The notes: generated from the sequence alone by a model not told the origin. A stretch of 64,000 bases of DNA from Spirochaetia bacterium (GCA_965198005.1 CBDAOI010000003.1:544001-608000), one strand, 5' to 3'; counted from the first letter of the stretch, positions 45,214 to 55,899 are shown. Translations and numbers: made by a program.

Positions 45214-46454
45214 GCCGATTCCGGTTTCGCGAGATCCGCGTCGACAGCTACCGTTGTTTCGAAGAGCTGAAGCTCTCACTCGAAGAAGACACCACCGTCC
45301 TGTTCGCCGAGAACGGCGGTGGAAAGACCGCGCTGCTCACGGCCCTCGCGATGGGCCTCGCCGTGTTCCAGAGGGGGGCGCCGAGAACCCTGAAGCTCGA
45401 CCAGCGGCGCGATCCCAGGATGCGCACTCACGACGACAAGGGGCGACGCGAGCCGGTCGGTCCGTCCAAAGTCGCGTGGACTGCCACCGTGGGCGAATCG
45501 GAATCCGTTACGTGGTCCACGGCAGCCCATCCCGCGTCCGGACGCACTACCAATCAGCGCAAACCGATTCTCGAGGCCCTGGAGCGACTTCGAGTGCCCG
45601 GAGATCGGTGGCCGTTGTTCGCGTGGTACGGCGTCGATCGCTTGGCGTGGACCCGCGGACGGCGTCGCAAGGTCGAGCGGATCGGGGACCGCTGGGAAGC
45701 CTACGCCTCCGCGCTCGACCCGAACCTCGACGAGGCCCCGCTGCTTCAGTGGCTCCAGGACGAGATGCTCGGGGATGTGGTCCGGAGGCAGCAGGAAGCA
45801 CCGGAACGCTTTTTCGATAAAGCCGTGATGGATGCAACGGTCCGTGCCACGCCGCGCGTCACCAACGCCTGGTACGACCCGGTGGAGCAAAGCCCAAAGG
45901 TGGGCTTCGACGACGGGCATGTGGCTACGTGGTCCGAGCTGTCCGACGGCTACCACGTATTCATCGCTCTGGTCGCCGACATCGCCCGCCGCGCCGTCAT
46001 GCTCAACGAGTTCGATGGCGCCGACGCGCCCGCGCGAGTAGAGGGGGTGGTGCTCATTGACGAGCTGGATCTTCACCTCCACCCGCGGTGGCAGCGCGTG
46101 GCGCTTCCGCGCCTTCGCAACGTATTCCCAAGACTGCAACTGGTCGTCACCACGCACTCACCGCAGATACTGAGCAGCGTCCACAACCGCCAGGTGCGCC
46201 GACTCTTCGACGGGAAGCTCCAGGAATACCCCGTGTTGGTCGAGGGCAGAGACACGAACGCGATCCTCCGCGAGTACATGCGCACCGAGGACCGCAGCGC
46301 GGAGGGTACCGGCGCGTTGCGGGCGCTCCACGATTACATCGATCAGGGTCGCCGCGAGGAAGCCGAGGAGCTGTACAAGAAGCTGCTTGCTCGTTGGGGC
46401 GATCTGGACCCCGACCTGATTGAAGCCAAGGTACTCCTGGACCTGGAGGAGTAA
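45210..46454 (+). CDS. ABC-type ATPase, PtuA/Septu-like
   Basis: AENGGGKT, LSDGY, VLIDELDLHLHPRWQ, TTHSP; ATGA overlap. Confidence 0.88.
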   Translation: MSRFRFREIRVDSYRCFEELKLSLEEDTTVLFAENGGGKTALLTALAMGLAVFQRGAPRTLKLDQRRDPRMRTHDDKGRREPVGPSKVAWTATVGESESVTWSTAAHPASGRTTNQRKPILEALERLRVPGDRWPLFAWYGVDRLAWTRGRRRKVERIGDRWEAYASALDPNLDEAPLLQWLQDEMLGDVVRRQQEAPERFFDKAVMDATVRATPRVTNAWYDPVEQSPKVGFDDGHVATWSELSDGYHVFIALVADIARRAVMLNEFDGADAPARVEGVVLIDELDLHLHPRWQRVALPRLRNVFPRLQLVVTTHSPQILSSVHNRQVRRLFDGKLQEYPVLVEGRDTNAILREYMRTEDRSAEGTGALRALHDYIDQGRREEAEELYKKLLARWGDLDPDLIEAKVLLDLEE

Positions 46455-46455
46455 G

Positions 46456-47217
46456 GTGCGGGGTATCTCGAAGCCCTGGCCTCCGAGAGATGTTTATCCG
46501 GACGGCCAAGCGCAGATGAGCCTTCGCGATGCCGAGAAGGCCTACCTGGCAGCGCTTCCGGGGGTTTCCAACCAGCGGACCTTTGCGCGTTCGAAGTACG
46601 AAGATCTCGATAATCGGAAGCTCCGGCGGGAGATGTACCGGGAACAGCGCTCTCTCTGCATCTACTGCGAACGACAGGTTACCGAGGACTACCCAACGCC
46701 TCGGATTGACCACTGGTACCCGCTCAGCCGTGATCCCGGGCTCGCCCTCCACTGGAGGAATCTCTATCTGTCCTGCCACAAGCTCGAGACCTGCGACTCG
46801 GCCAAGGGCGACCACCCCTTTCGGTGGCACGATGCCGGCTCCCACATGCCCTGGCCCGTGGACCTTCGGTACGAGGACGTCGTTGGCTTCACCAGCCGCG
46901 GCGAGATCTACGTCCGCTCGGATGTGACGTTGCCGGATGCCATTCGCCGGGCGCTCGAGCGTGCCATTGCGGACCGCACCGATGGCGCTCGAGTGCGGCG
47001 CAGCATCGTCAACCTGAACGATCCGGCGCTCGTCAAGGCGCGGTCGGCCGCGGTCCGCGGCGAGCGCAAACGCTTGGCGAAGGACTTCGAGAACAGGACC
47101 GCGACCAGGGACGAGCGCGAGGAGCGGGCCTCTCAGCTCCTTGGTAGGCGTCAGCTTCCCGAGTTCGTGAGCATCCGCGTCGCATCGCTGCGGAAGACGC
47201 TGGGCCGAGGCCGGTGA
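46456..47217 (+). CDS. HNH endonuclease, PtuB/TIGR02646-like
   Basis: EQRSLCIYCE, IDHWYP, WRNLYLSC, CDSAKG, LND. Confidence 0.85.
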   Translation: MRGISKPWPPRDVYPDGQAQMSLRDAEKAYLAALPGVSNQRTFARSKYEDLDNRKLRREMYREQRSLCIYCERQVTEDYPTPRIDHWYPLSRDPGLALHWRNLYLSCHKLETCDSAKGDHPFRWHDAGSHMPWPVDLRYEDVVGFTSRGEIYVRSDVTLPDAIRRALERAIADRTDGARVRRSIVNLNDPALVKARSAAVRGERKRLAKDFENRTATRDEREERASQLLGRRQLPEFVSIRVASLRKTLGRGR

Positions 47218-47984
47218 TGCTGGCGCCCGTCACGATCACCCGTCTCGAAAAAGCCGCGACCGACAACGGCTTCGACCTCGAGTTGGAGCGCACGGCCCAC
47301 TGGCTCTCCTTCGGCAGCAGCCAGACGTCGATGCGCGTTTGGCTCACGGCCGTCGGAGAATCCCAATTCCTCGCTGCCACGTCACGCGCCGACGTCCTCG
47401 ACGGGCTGGCGGGCCTCGGCACCGTGTTCACCAACCTGCTCCCGAGCGGCGCCGCCGGCGCGCTGAGCGTCAGCGACGTTGCCGCACTCCATCGCCTCTT
47501 GCGCCGCGCGTTCCAGCTCTCGCGCACGCTGCCGGACGCGCTGCTCCGTGTGTTCCAGGACCAAACCGCGAACCTGCCCCGCGCGACGGAAGCCGAACGC
47601 TTGGTAGTCCAGCGCGTCGGTCAGGACATCTTCCGCCGCGGTCTGTTGGAATACTGGGACGGCCGTTGCGCGATCACTGGCCTCGCGGTGCCCGAGCTCC
47701 TACGCGCGAGCCACATCAAGCCCTGGGCCGCCTGCGACACCGACGCAGAGCGACTCGACGTCTTCAACGGCTTTCTTCTGGCGCCTCATCTCGATGCGGC
47801 TTTCGACGCCGGTTTCATCACGATCGCTGAGGACGGAGCGGTCCTCGTCTCGAACCTCCTTCCTCTCGACCCGCAGCCGGTTCTTGGTCTTGATAAGCCG
47901 CTGAACGTCCGCGGACTGCACCGTTCTCACGAGCGCTACCTGCCATCGCACCGCGCCAACATCTTCCGCCAGTACCGTGGGTAG
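47217..47984 (+). CDS. HNH endonuclease (HNH_2 type)
   Basis: RVGQDIFR, CAITG, ASHIKPW, NGFLL, DAAFDAG; TGATG coupling. Confidence 0.9.
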   Translation: MLAPVTITRLEKAATDNGFDLELERTAHWLSFGSSQTSMRVWLTAVGESQFLAATSRADVLDGLAGLGTVFTNLLPSGAAGALSVSDVAALHRLLRRAFQLSRTLPDALLRVFQDQTANLPRATEAERLVVQRVGQDIFRRGLLEYWDGRCAITGLAVPELLRASHIKPWAACDTDAERLDVFNGFLLAPHLDAAFDAGFITIAEDGAVLVSNLLPLDPQPVLGLDKPLNVRGLHRSHERYLPSHRANIFRQYRG

Positions 47985-48282
47985 CGACCTAAGCCCTCCG
48001 CGAACTGGCTCTGTACGCTGCTGACGATTATACGATTGTGGATTAGGCCGCATAGCTCACCCAGGGATATACACGGAGTGGAATGGTGGGCTTCGTGGCT
48101 ATCTGGAGATGGTAGCCAAAAAAATACGAAGCCACAAGGAACCGCCCCGTACTACAGAACAACTCCCCCTAATCCGAAGTTCCACTTGTGGAGCCATCAG
48201 AGACTATACACGCCGCTCAGAAAGTAGGGTACGCTCATTTTGTCTCATCCACAACTTCTGATTGTATCCCAGCACGACCTTG

Positions 48283-50991
48283 TCAGGTGCCCGCCCACCC
48301 TAAATCCCCTATGTCATTCGACAACCACTCGTGCGCAAGTTCCGTGGCAGGTCGTGCCGCGCCACCATCGATCATCCTACTCATCCTAAACAGAGCCACA
48401 CTTCTGACATCCCCTTTCCGAACCTGAGCGAATGCTTCTCGCTGCACTTGAAAGCACGTCTCAAGTTCTAGTGGAGAGTCCTCGAAACCGCCGAGCTCAA
48501 ACACCACCGTCGACTCTTCTCCTCCCGGAAGGACGATCGGATACCACGAAAGAACCGCATGAAATCTCCGCCCACGCTCGGACGCCACGGACAACTTTCC
48601 CTCAAGCCTCACCGGCAAAAGACGATAAAGCTGAATCCTATCGGCGAATGGCAAGAACCAACGCTCGACGATGGCCCGATAGATATCCAGCGCAGCTTCG
48701 TAGATTCTCACGGTCCGCTCTAGAAGCTCCCTGTCTTCGTTAGAGGATGACGATTTCCAAGGATCGAATAGTAACCGCTCTCCCTGTCGTATCGAATCAC
48801 TCAGTTGTTTATGCACGATGCGGATTTCGCGGCGAGAGAAACTCTGGCCGCCCGTACGCCACACCGAGACACTTCTGGATAGTCGTTCCTCGATTCGGTC
48901 CAGCACGGTGCGTATGGCGATCGAGCCTCCCCAATATGTGCCTCGGCCAGTGACAGCCTTCGCGAACGCCCAAGCGAGTTCACGTACCGCAATTTCCGAC
49001 TGATAAGCAAGTTGATAATCGTTCAGTACCTTCCTCATATTACGCGCGAGATGCTTCTTGGTGATCACCCAACTCCACAGTTCCGTCGGTGGGATCGATC
49101 TCATCTCCCATGACGGCCAATCCGACGCGGACTTCCCGTGTCCCTTCCACATTGGCACATCTTCTTTCGAGAACACGACTACAGGTGCCAGCTGATCGGA
49201 ACCTTGGTACCACGCAGTTGTCACCGTGTTGTTATCTAGCTTGATACCGAGAGTCGTTAGTTCACCCTTTTTGTTAACGGGCCCTATGACGCGAAAAAGA
49301 CGGCCCATTGCTTGCTGCCACAGCCGCATCGCCCGATGAATCTGTTCCCCGATGTCCAGCTCCTCGTAGCGATCCGACGAACTTCCGGAATCAAAATACG
49401 ACGTCGATTCATAGTCCTTCAACACAGCGGCAGCGACATTCACATTCTTTGACACGACTTGTTCCATAATGCTGCGCGCTGTCGTCGTGTTCTGAGAATG
49501 CACGACGATCTCAATCGGTATGGTCCAACGATCAGACGTGAGGTCAATGTCTTCAATCGCTACCGTACCCTCCGCTATTGCCATAGCGGCGTACCATTCC
49601 CGGAATATCGGCAACGAAAAGTCGATCTGGCCTCTTGATTGAAACACAAGGCGAGAGTCAGCTAGTTTCGGAAGGTCGGCCAATGAGGCGACGACATCAT
49701 GAAGATATACCGGAGCACCACAAGTAGTCGTTCTTGCCGCTAAGCGCTTCAAAAGCTCGTCGGTAGCCGCGGTGTTGTGGCCGGTTTCTTGTAAAGCGTA
49801 TTGAGCCATATTGTGTACGAGACTATGAACAGAAAGGTTGCTTACCTTGGGATTAGTGCGCAACCAGATGCCGATCATGATTGCAAACAAGGGTAACCGT
49901 ACGGATTCCTTAATGGAATCCGGCCAAGAGCGCGGATCATGTGGATCTAACGGTGTTCCGGAGATTCGCTCGATCAAGCGTCGCTGTTGTTCAACGTTAA
50001 GCGGAGGTATTTTGATCGCGGTCGGATCGATCGGAATCCCCGGAAGGGGCCTTACGGCGGCAACCGCCAGGGAATTCTGGTTCGCTCCTGCATAGGTCTC
50101 CAAATCCCTTAGAATCATCGTTGCCGCGCGGCTCCCTTGCTCATCGATCCCATCGACTATGACCATCAACTCCTGAACATGAGCGTTTACGTATCCTTGG
50201 CACCGCTGTTCGATAATCTGCCGAAGAGACCGTACAATCTCGTCGGCTCTGATGAATATTGGGTACGGCTGTGTGGGATCGTTAAGAGCGCTGTCGACAG
50301 CGATTTGGAATAGGCGGTGGCATGCTAGCGACTTCCCGCTGCCCTGTGGGCCGACGACAACGTGCAATCCGGGACCTTCAATCTTGAGAACTTTACCTAC
50401 GCCTTGGTCGTTGGCAAATTCCGCCGCGAGGCCATCTTCAATACCCAATGCTCGTAACATGACTCTACAACGGGAATATGACTCTGCCCTATTGCGCATC
50501 AACTCCTGAGTCCGACTTGGGTCTACAGGAGTGCGCAGAGCTCTGATGAATTCATCTGACAGTGCCGCTTTGATGTGGTATCCCAATTGACATGATGACT
50601 GTACGTCTTGCCACTTTGCAAAAGCGCTAACAGTCTGGAGCAAGGCCATGGTTCGTGAATCTCTCTTCTCCGCGGCCAATTTGAATACCAACAGTCGCCG
50701 ACCAGCCGCCATGCAGCGCTGGATTTCTTCAGCGACGGGTTGTGTTGTTTCGCGCGCCACTAGCCAGACAACGAAATCGGCTTCGGAAACTTTACGCAAA
50801 TAGGCACTCGTTGGCGGCTCGGAGCTTGCCGGTGTGTATTCGAATGCCCACGGACGCCCGAAATCAATACCCCTGATAGTCTGTTCGGCAACGCTTCGCG
50901 CATGCTGGAGTTCATCATTCATTACGCTGCTGATGAAGACCAACAGATCCGCTTCGCTCCTCTGGAGTTGAGGAGTAGTGTTAACCATCAC
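48283..50991 (-). CDS. DUF4062-like domain fused to NACHT/STAND-like NTPase
   Basis: VFISSV...AFE...YLRKVSEADFVVWLV; Walker A GPQGSGKS; Walker B VIVDGIDE; LPLF motif; visibly lower GC. Confidence 0.75.
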   Translation of the reverse strand: MMVNTTPQLQRSEADLLVFISSVMNDELQHARSVAEQTIRGIDFGRPWAFEYTPASSEPPTSAYLRKVSEADFVVWLVARETTQPVAEEIQRCMAAGRRLLVFKLAAEKRDSRTMALLQTVSAFAKWQDVQSSCQLGYHIKAALSDEFIRALRTPVDPSRTQELMRNRAESYSRCRVMLRALGIEDGLAAEFANDQGVGKVLKIEGPGLHVVVGPQGSGKSLACHRLFQIAVDSALNDPTQPYPIFIRADEIVRSLRQIIEQRCQGYVNAHVQELMVIVDGIDEQGSRAATMILRDLETYAGANQNSLAVAAVRPLPGIPIDPTAIKIPPLNVEQQRRLIERISGTPLDPHDPRSWPDSIKESVRLPLFAIMIGIWLRTNPKVSNLSVHSLVHNMAQYALQETGHNTAATDELLKRLAARTTTCGAPVYLHDVVASLADLPKLADSRLVFQSRGQIDFSLPIFREWYAAMAIAEGTVAIEDIDLTSDRWTIPIEIVVHSQNTTTARSIMEQVVSKNVNVAAAVLKDYESTSYFDSGSSSDRYEELDIGEQIHRAMRLWQQAMGRLFRVIGPVNKKGELTTLGIKLDNNTVTTAWYQGSDQLAPVVVFSKEDVPMWKGHGKSASDWPSWEMRSIPPTELWSWVITKKHLARNMRKVLNDYQLAYQSEIAVRELAWAFAKAVTGRGTYWGGSIAIRTVLDRIEERLSRSVSVWRTGGQSFSRREIRIVHKQLSDSIRQGERLLFDPWKSSSSNEDRELLERTVRIYEAALDIYRAIVERWFLPFADRIQLYRLLPVRLEGKLSVASERGRRFHAVLSWYPIVLPGGEESTVVFELGGFEDSPLELETCFQVQREAFAQVRKGDVRSVALFRMSRMIDGGAARPATELAHEWLSNDIGDLGWAGT

Positions 50992-52134
50992 AGGACGATC
51001 TTCGAAACTCTGAGGTGAGTGGCCAAGTGTGCATTAGCGTGCCACTGGGTCTCGCCCACGAACATCGACCGTCGTTGTGAGCCGTTTGCGTGGAAGCTTC
51101 GATGTAGCGGCACTTCGGTACGTTCGTCATACCGGTACCGGCGAAACGATCTTGAGAGGTATGCAGTGTTCATTTGGACATCATGTCGCGACGATTCGCT
51201 CTGCGATGGTAAGGAGGGAGGCTTCGCCTGTCAAGGAGCACCTGGTCTCTCAGGGTTGGAAATTGGCTCATTTGGACGTTACAGGTTCTGAAGGCTAACA
51301 TTTGTGTAGCAGAGGCACGGCCTTCACCCATCTGTATCATGCTGATGGGAGGCGGCGAGACCGGCCATCGGTTGGTGCGCCATGGATCGACACAACCATC
51401 GGAGCAGACCGCCTTGCCCGGAAGGACGATCTTGCATCACTGGAGCGTCGGTACTATGGATCGGAAGGGGCGGCCTCACGGGCGGGTGAGGCGTCCGCCC
51501 GGAGCCCCCAGGAAGCTTTGCAGTGGCGAGTAATCGGGTGATCGATATCGCAATTGGACTGGGGTGGTTACATTGTTGCACAGTCCGACCGCTGAGCGCG
51601 CGGCTGATGGGCTGCACGGATTTGTCCGCCAAGAACAATGGTGGCTGAAACCTAGAGCGCTATTCTATACTTGCTCGGGACAAGATAACATGTGACACCT
51701 TCGAGCATATCAATCTGGTGTCTCAACATCAGTATCTGGGGACTTCAAGTATGGTACGTTAATACCGCCATCTCCGGAACCATCGCAGGCGACGAAATCC
51801 GCATCGTGGTCGGCGATTCCCTGCCACTGCGCGACAAGTTAGCCACAACCTCCTGGCTTCATGGAGTGTCGATTGATTCTGGTCTTCTAATTCGGCAAGC
51901 CACGGCTTAGGGAACTGGTCGTAGCTATAGCCAGATTTGTTGGAGTCTCATCGTCTAGTGGGTAGTCACGTAGTCCTATTGCAGTCTCCGGTTTGCCGAA
52001 TATTGCGTGCAATACACCGCCGGAATCATGGTCGTCGTCGCAAGTGCGATTGCGGTAGGTGCCGGCGGTCGCGACGAAGTCTAACACGGGCGGCCAGGAC
52101 GGATCGCCCAAAGCGTCACGTCAGAGCGGTAGTC

Positions 52135-52710
52135 GTGCGTGCCAACTTCCGGACGGCGTCAATGGTTCACCCGCACCCGCTCGTCGACCGGAGGCAGTCG
52201 GTACGCGGCGACGCGCGCCGGCGGCAGGGCGCCAGAGTCAACGTCGCGCGCCGTGGGACGCCACGGGCTGACCGGGCGCTGGAAGCGATGGTAGAACGGA
52301 GAGTGAGGAGGAACTGCAATGAGCAGCCGCCGTAACCATCATTGTACTGAAGCACTCCGATGAAGAAGGATCGCCTGAGGGCGATTCAGCGAGCACGCAG
52401 GCCGCAACGTGAGTGAACGCTGAGCAGGCCTCGAAATGGGTAATGCCGAAGCCGACCCGCCCTTAGTACGGGAAGGCTGACAGCGGTGGGGAAGCGAGCG
52501 ACGCGGGCACCGACCGGTTCCGCCGGGGTACTGGCGGCGGCATGAGTGAAGAGGGAGACAGCAGCAACACGGGAAGCCCCGTCGGTGGCGTGCACGCGCC
52601 AACCGGGAATCCGCGAGGACCAGTTTGGGCCGGCGGGGTGACGGAGAGGCTCGGAGTACCGGAGAAGCCGGGTAACGCCGGCGGAGGGAAGGGGCCTCAA
52701 TTCGAGAGCA
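52135..52710 (+). mobile_element. Truncated group II intron (5' ribozyme domains only)
   Basis: Begins GTGCG; intron-like motifs gccgacccgccc...gggaaggc, gcaacacgggaagccc and DIII-like gtaccggagaagccgggtaacgccggcggagggaaggggcct; no RT ORF or domain V seen. Confidence 0.72.
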
Positions 52711-52727
52711 CACGGCGCATCGGCTTA

Positions 52728-52756
52728 TTGACGGTCCCGCCCGGAGTCAGTATTGT
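52728..52756 (+). promoter_or_regulatory. Sigma70-like promoter
   Basis: TTGACG-N17-TATTGT. Confidence 0.5.
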
Positions 52757-52885
52757 CTCGCCAGCCTTGCCGGCCGGTGGAGTCCCTCCGGGCTGGCGGA
52801 TGCCTTCGGAGGCGGTCCGAGATCGCAGCCACCCCCCGCGAAGATCGACCGCGCAGCGGTTCAACACGAAGGGGGTGAGAAGCGA

Positions 52886-53035
52886 TTGAGTGATATGCTA
52901 CCGGAACTCGGTGCCGGAGTGCTTGAGATCGGCGAGACCGTCGAAATCTGGTGCGCTCTCCTGGCCCATTGCCAGGCCAAAAAGCAAATCGAGTGGTGGC
53001 GCCGGCGTCGGCGTCGCCGCCAGCAGGCTAGGTGA
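52886..53035 (+). CDS. Putative 49-aa small protein with poly-Arg tail
   Basis: SD-like AAGGGGGTGA before TTG; MSDMLPELGAGVLEIGETVEIWCALLAHCQAKKQIEWWRRRRRRRQQAR. Confidence 0.4.
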   Translation: MSDMLPELGAGVLEIGETVEIWCALLAHCQAKKQIEWWRRRRRRRQQAR

Positions 53036-53095
53036 GGCGAGGGCGCCGCGCGGCCGCCCGTACCTCTGGAATTCTGCCGTTGCCCGTCCGTAGCA

Positions 53096-53125
53096 TGAAA
53101 CGGCTACTTGGCGGGGGCCGTTTCA
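53096..53125 (+). terminator. Stem-loop, possible terminator
   Basis: tgaaacggc...gccgtttca followed by atttc. Confidence 0.4.
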
Positions 53126-53175
53126 ATTTCACCGCTTGGCCCTCGCGGAGAAACGAAGCCAGAGAGAGAGGAGAT

Positions 53176-53580
53176 ATGAGCAAGAAACCAGATTTCGACC
53201 TGGATGAACTCAGGTCATGGTCGAAAGACGAGATAGTCGAATGGGTCGCCGACGGGCAATACGCAGAGTTCATCTACGACCCGCCCGCCGGTCAGCCCGA
53301 CCCGGAGGGGCGCCGCCTGTGCGTCTTCATTCGCCCGAAGAACCGGGCGCAGCGTAAGAGAGAACGAAGCCGGCTGGTGCCAGCCCTGGAGTTCCACGCG
53401 GGCTGGGAGGTAGAGGGCGCTTATCGACGGCTGGTGAGCCTTGGCGTCAAGAAGCCGAGCCGCGACGCTCTTATAGCCGAAGTGATGCTAAGCGCCGACG
53501 CCCTGAACCGGCCCCTGATCGAAGCTCTCTACAAGGCGGTCAACGACTGGTTCGACCGCCATCCGGAAACGGGCACTTAG
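53176..53580 (+). CDS. Hypothetical protein
   Basis: Strong RBS GAGGAG; 134 aa beginning MSKKPDFDLDEL. Confidence 0.6.
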   Translation: MSKKPDFDLDELRSWSKDEIVEWVADGQYAEFIYDPPAGQPDPEGRRLCVFIRPKNRAQRKRERSRLVPALEFHAGWEVEGAYRRLVSLGVKKPSRDALIAEVMLSADALNRPLIEALYKAVNDWFDRHPETGT

Positions 53581-53875
53581 GTATATTATTCCCCAATAGA
53601 ACGCCAATCCGCTCCGCATCCACCTCCTCTACGGTACCCACAACGCGTCCGCCAAGCACTTGGATCAGCGACAGTCACCTAGCGGGATTCACGCGCATCG
53701 ACGAGCCGCTTATGGCGCGCTTCGCGGGCTTGCTCGAGGAGTTGCGGGGTCCAAGGCGAGATCCGGCGCGAACGTGGACCTCGACACGGCCACGACGCGG
53801 CCCTACGGGCGGCATGAGCCGTTCTTATTCGTTCCCGGTCTTCCGTTCGGCCAACCCACTTTCTGAGTCAGTCGC

Positions 53876-54777
53876 ATGAAAGAAGGCGACCGAATCTGGC
53901 TCAAATACGAGGACCAAGGTCTTCTCGACCGCCTCGATTCACTCAACGACGTCAACCGGCTCGCGCTGACCTTTTGCGAGGATGTAGCCCGCACCTATCG
54001 TTTGGTCACATTGCGGCACAATCCGCATCGAGGCTCCTCCGGATACGTCCTTGCCGACGCACCATCGTCGGGCTTCTGACACGCGTGGCGAAGCTGCTCC
54101 GACTAGTATGCAAATTCTACGAGCTGGGCAATGCCGACCACCTCGTGGTGTTCTCGCGCCCGCTGATCGAGTCGGCGATCGTCGCCACCTATCTCCTGCA
54201 GGAAGGAGACGAGGCCGTCGAAGACTTCCGACGGTGTTCGTACAAGGACACGCTCCGGATTCTTCGCGACCACGAGAGCGGGTCCGTGTTCTTTCGTACG
54301 CCACCGGGTCAGCGCGTTCTACAGTCCGCGCTCCAGGACCTGGCTCTCGAGGGGCTATCCAAGCAGAGCTTCGCGGTGCAGAAGCGCAATCGTTGGCGCA
54401 TCCAGGGAAAGTCGCTGTACGACATTTTCGGCGAAGTGACCGACCCAGCCCAGTATCCATTCATCTACGGCATCATGTCGGAGTCCATTCAGGGTTCGTG
54501 GAACGAATCCATGGACTGGTGCCTGTCCAGGAACGACGACGGCACCTTCTCCGCGCTCGCTCTGTATCACGGTGTGGATGCTCGGGCGATTCTGCCTTTG
54601 GTGCGATACGCGACGCCCCCGTACGTTCTTTGGAGCGACAGAATCCAGATACAGGACGACTCAATACGCCAGATGCTCGATCGTATCCACGACTACTCCC
54701 GCTCGATCTATCATAGGTTCGATGAACTCTACGACGGCCCGACCGCTGATGGTTTCACGGCCCCCGATCCGAAGTAA
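53876..54777 (+). pseudogene. DUF5677-like protein, frameshift near 54062
   Basis: Two frames join to align end to end with the downstream paralogue; RPLIESAIVATYLL, RNRWRIQGKS. Confidence 0.7.
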
Positions 54778-54817
54778 GCGACGCCGATCTCGATAGAGGC
54801 ACGATTACCCACGACCC

Positions 54818-55687
54818 ATGGACGAGATCCAGGACATCCTCGCCAAATACGACCGCGCCTACTTGGCGTGCCTCTTTGCGTCAACGCCGAAGACAGACCG
54901 GCTGGCGTTGGCCTTCTACGAGGATGTCGTGGAGATTCTCGACATCCTCTCTCGCTTGAGGAACAGCGAAAGAAACCCAACGGGCTTCTCAATTGACGAT
55001 GCATCGATACTCGGTCTGCTCGTCCGCACATGGAAACTACTCAAGCTGATTGTCTGGATCTACAAGGAAGACAGCGCAGAGTACGCGGCCATCGCCCAAC
55101 GATCGCTCATCGAAGTGGCCGTCACAGCGACCTACCTGCTTCGCTCGGACAAATCGACGTTGGAAGACTATAGGCGCTGTTCCTACAAGAACAGGTTCAT
55201 GATGCTCAAACAAGCGGCTTCCGGTTCTGAGTACCATCGCAGTAAGGCCGGACACCGCGTCTTGCACTCGATCAATAAAAAGCTCTCCCTAGAGGGGTTG
55301 GACGAGCATAGCTTCGAAGACCAGATCCGCAACCGTTGGCGCGTTCAGGGTAAGACCTTTCACGCGATCTTCAAGGAGGTCGTAGGCGAGGACCTGTATA
55401 CTGTGGCGTACGGTACCTTCTCGGAGTCCGTCCACGGTTCCTGGCACGAGGTCCGCGGCTTCTCCCTGCGCGGGAGCGTCGCCCGAGGTTTCTCGCCGCT
55501 GTACGAGCCGCTTCGCGCGAGCGTCGGCCACGTTTCTCTGATCGTCCCGTTTGCCACACTGCCCTTTCGGGGATGGGCAGCAAGGGTCCAATTGGACGAC
55601 CCCTACATTGAGAAAGTGTTGGACTTTGTCGACAGGCTCAACGGAAGATTATTCGAGAAGTACGGAAGTCTTTTCTACGACGTGTGA
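54818..55687 (+). CDS. DUF5677-like (putative HEPN-related) protein
   Basis: RSLIEVAVTATYLL, YGTFSESVHGSW. Confidence 0.7.
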   Translation: MDEIQDILAKYDRAYLACLFASTPKTDRLALAFYEDVVEILDILSRLRNSERNPTGFSIDDASILGLLVRTWKLLKLIVWIYKEDSAEYAAIAQRSLIEVAVTATYLLRSDKSTLEDYRRCSYKNRFMMLKQAASGSEYHRSKAGHRVLHSINKKLSLEGLDEHSFEDQIRNRWRVQGKTFHAIFKEVVGEDLYTVAYGTFSESVHGSWHEVRGFSLRGSVARGFSPLYEPLRASVGHVSLIVPFATLPFRGWAARVQLDDPYIEKVLDFVDRLNGRLFEKYGSLFYDV

Positions 55688-55899
55688 CTGGGGGAGGGGT
55701 GGAAAGTGCTGTTGTAAGTGGATAAAGGTGAGTTCAGTTGCATGGATATACAGAACACGGGGTATCGGAACACTATCTTGACGCGTGGAGGGGCCTTGGC
55801 GGGCCGCTGAGAGCGATTTCGTTCGTCCGCGACCGCCGATATGCCGATATGCAGTGCCCGGTGACAAGACCGCCCTCAGGGATCAGTTGCGGGGTGGCG

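Noticed and set aside
45210-47217. Retron system (PtuAB with RT and msr-msd)
   Set aside because: No reverse transcriptase ORF in the window; the only retroelement trace is an ORF-less intron fragment 5 kb away
50992-52134. Short ORFs in the lower-GC spacer
   Set aside because: No recognisable motifs or ribosome-binding sites; probably decayed sequence
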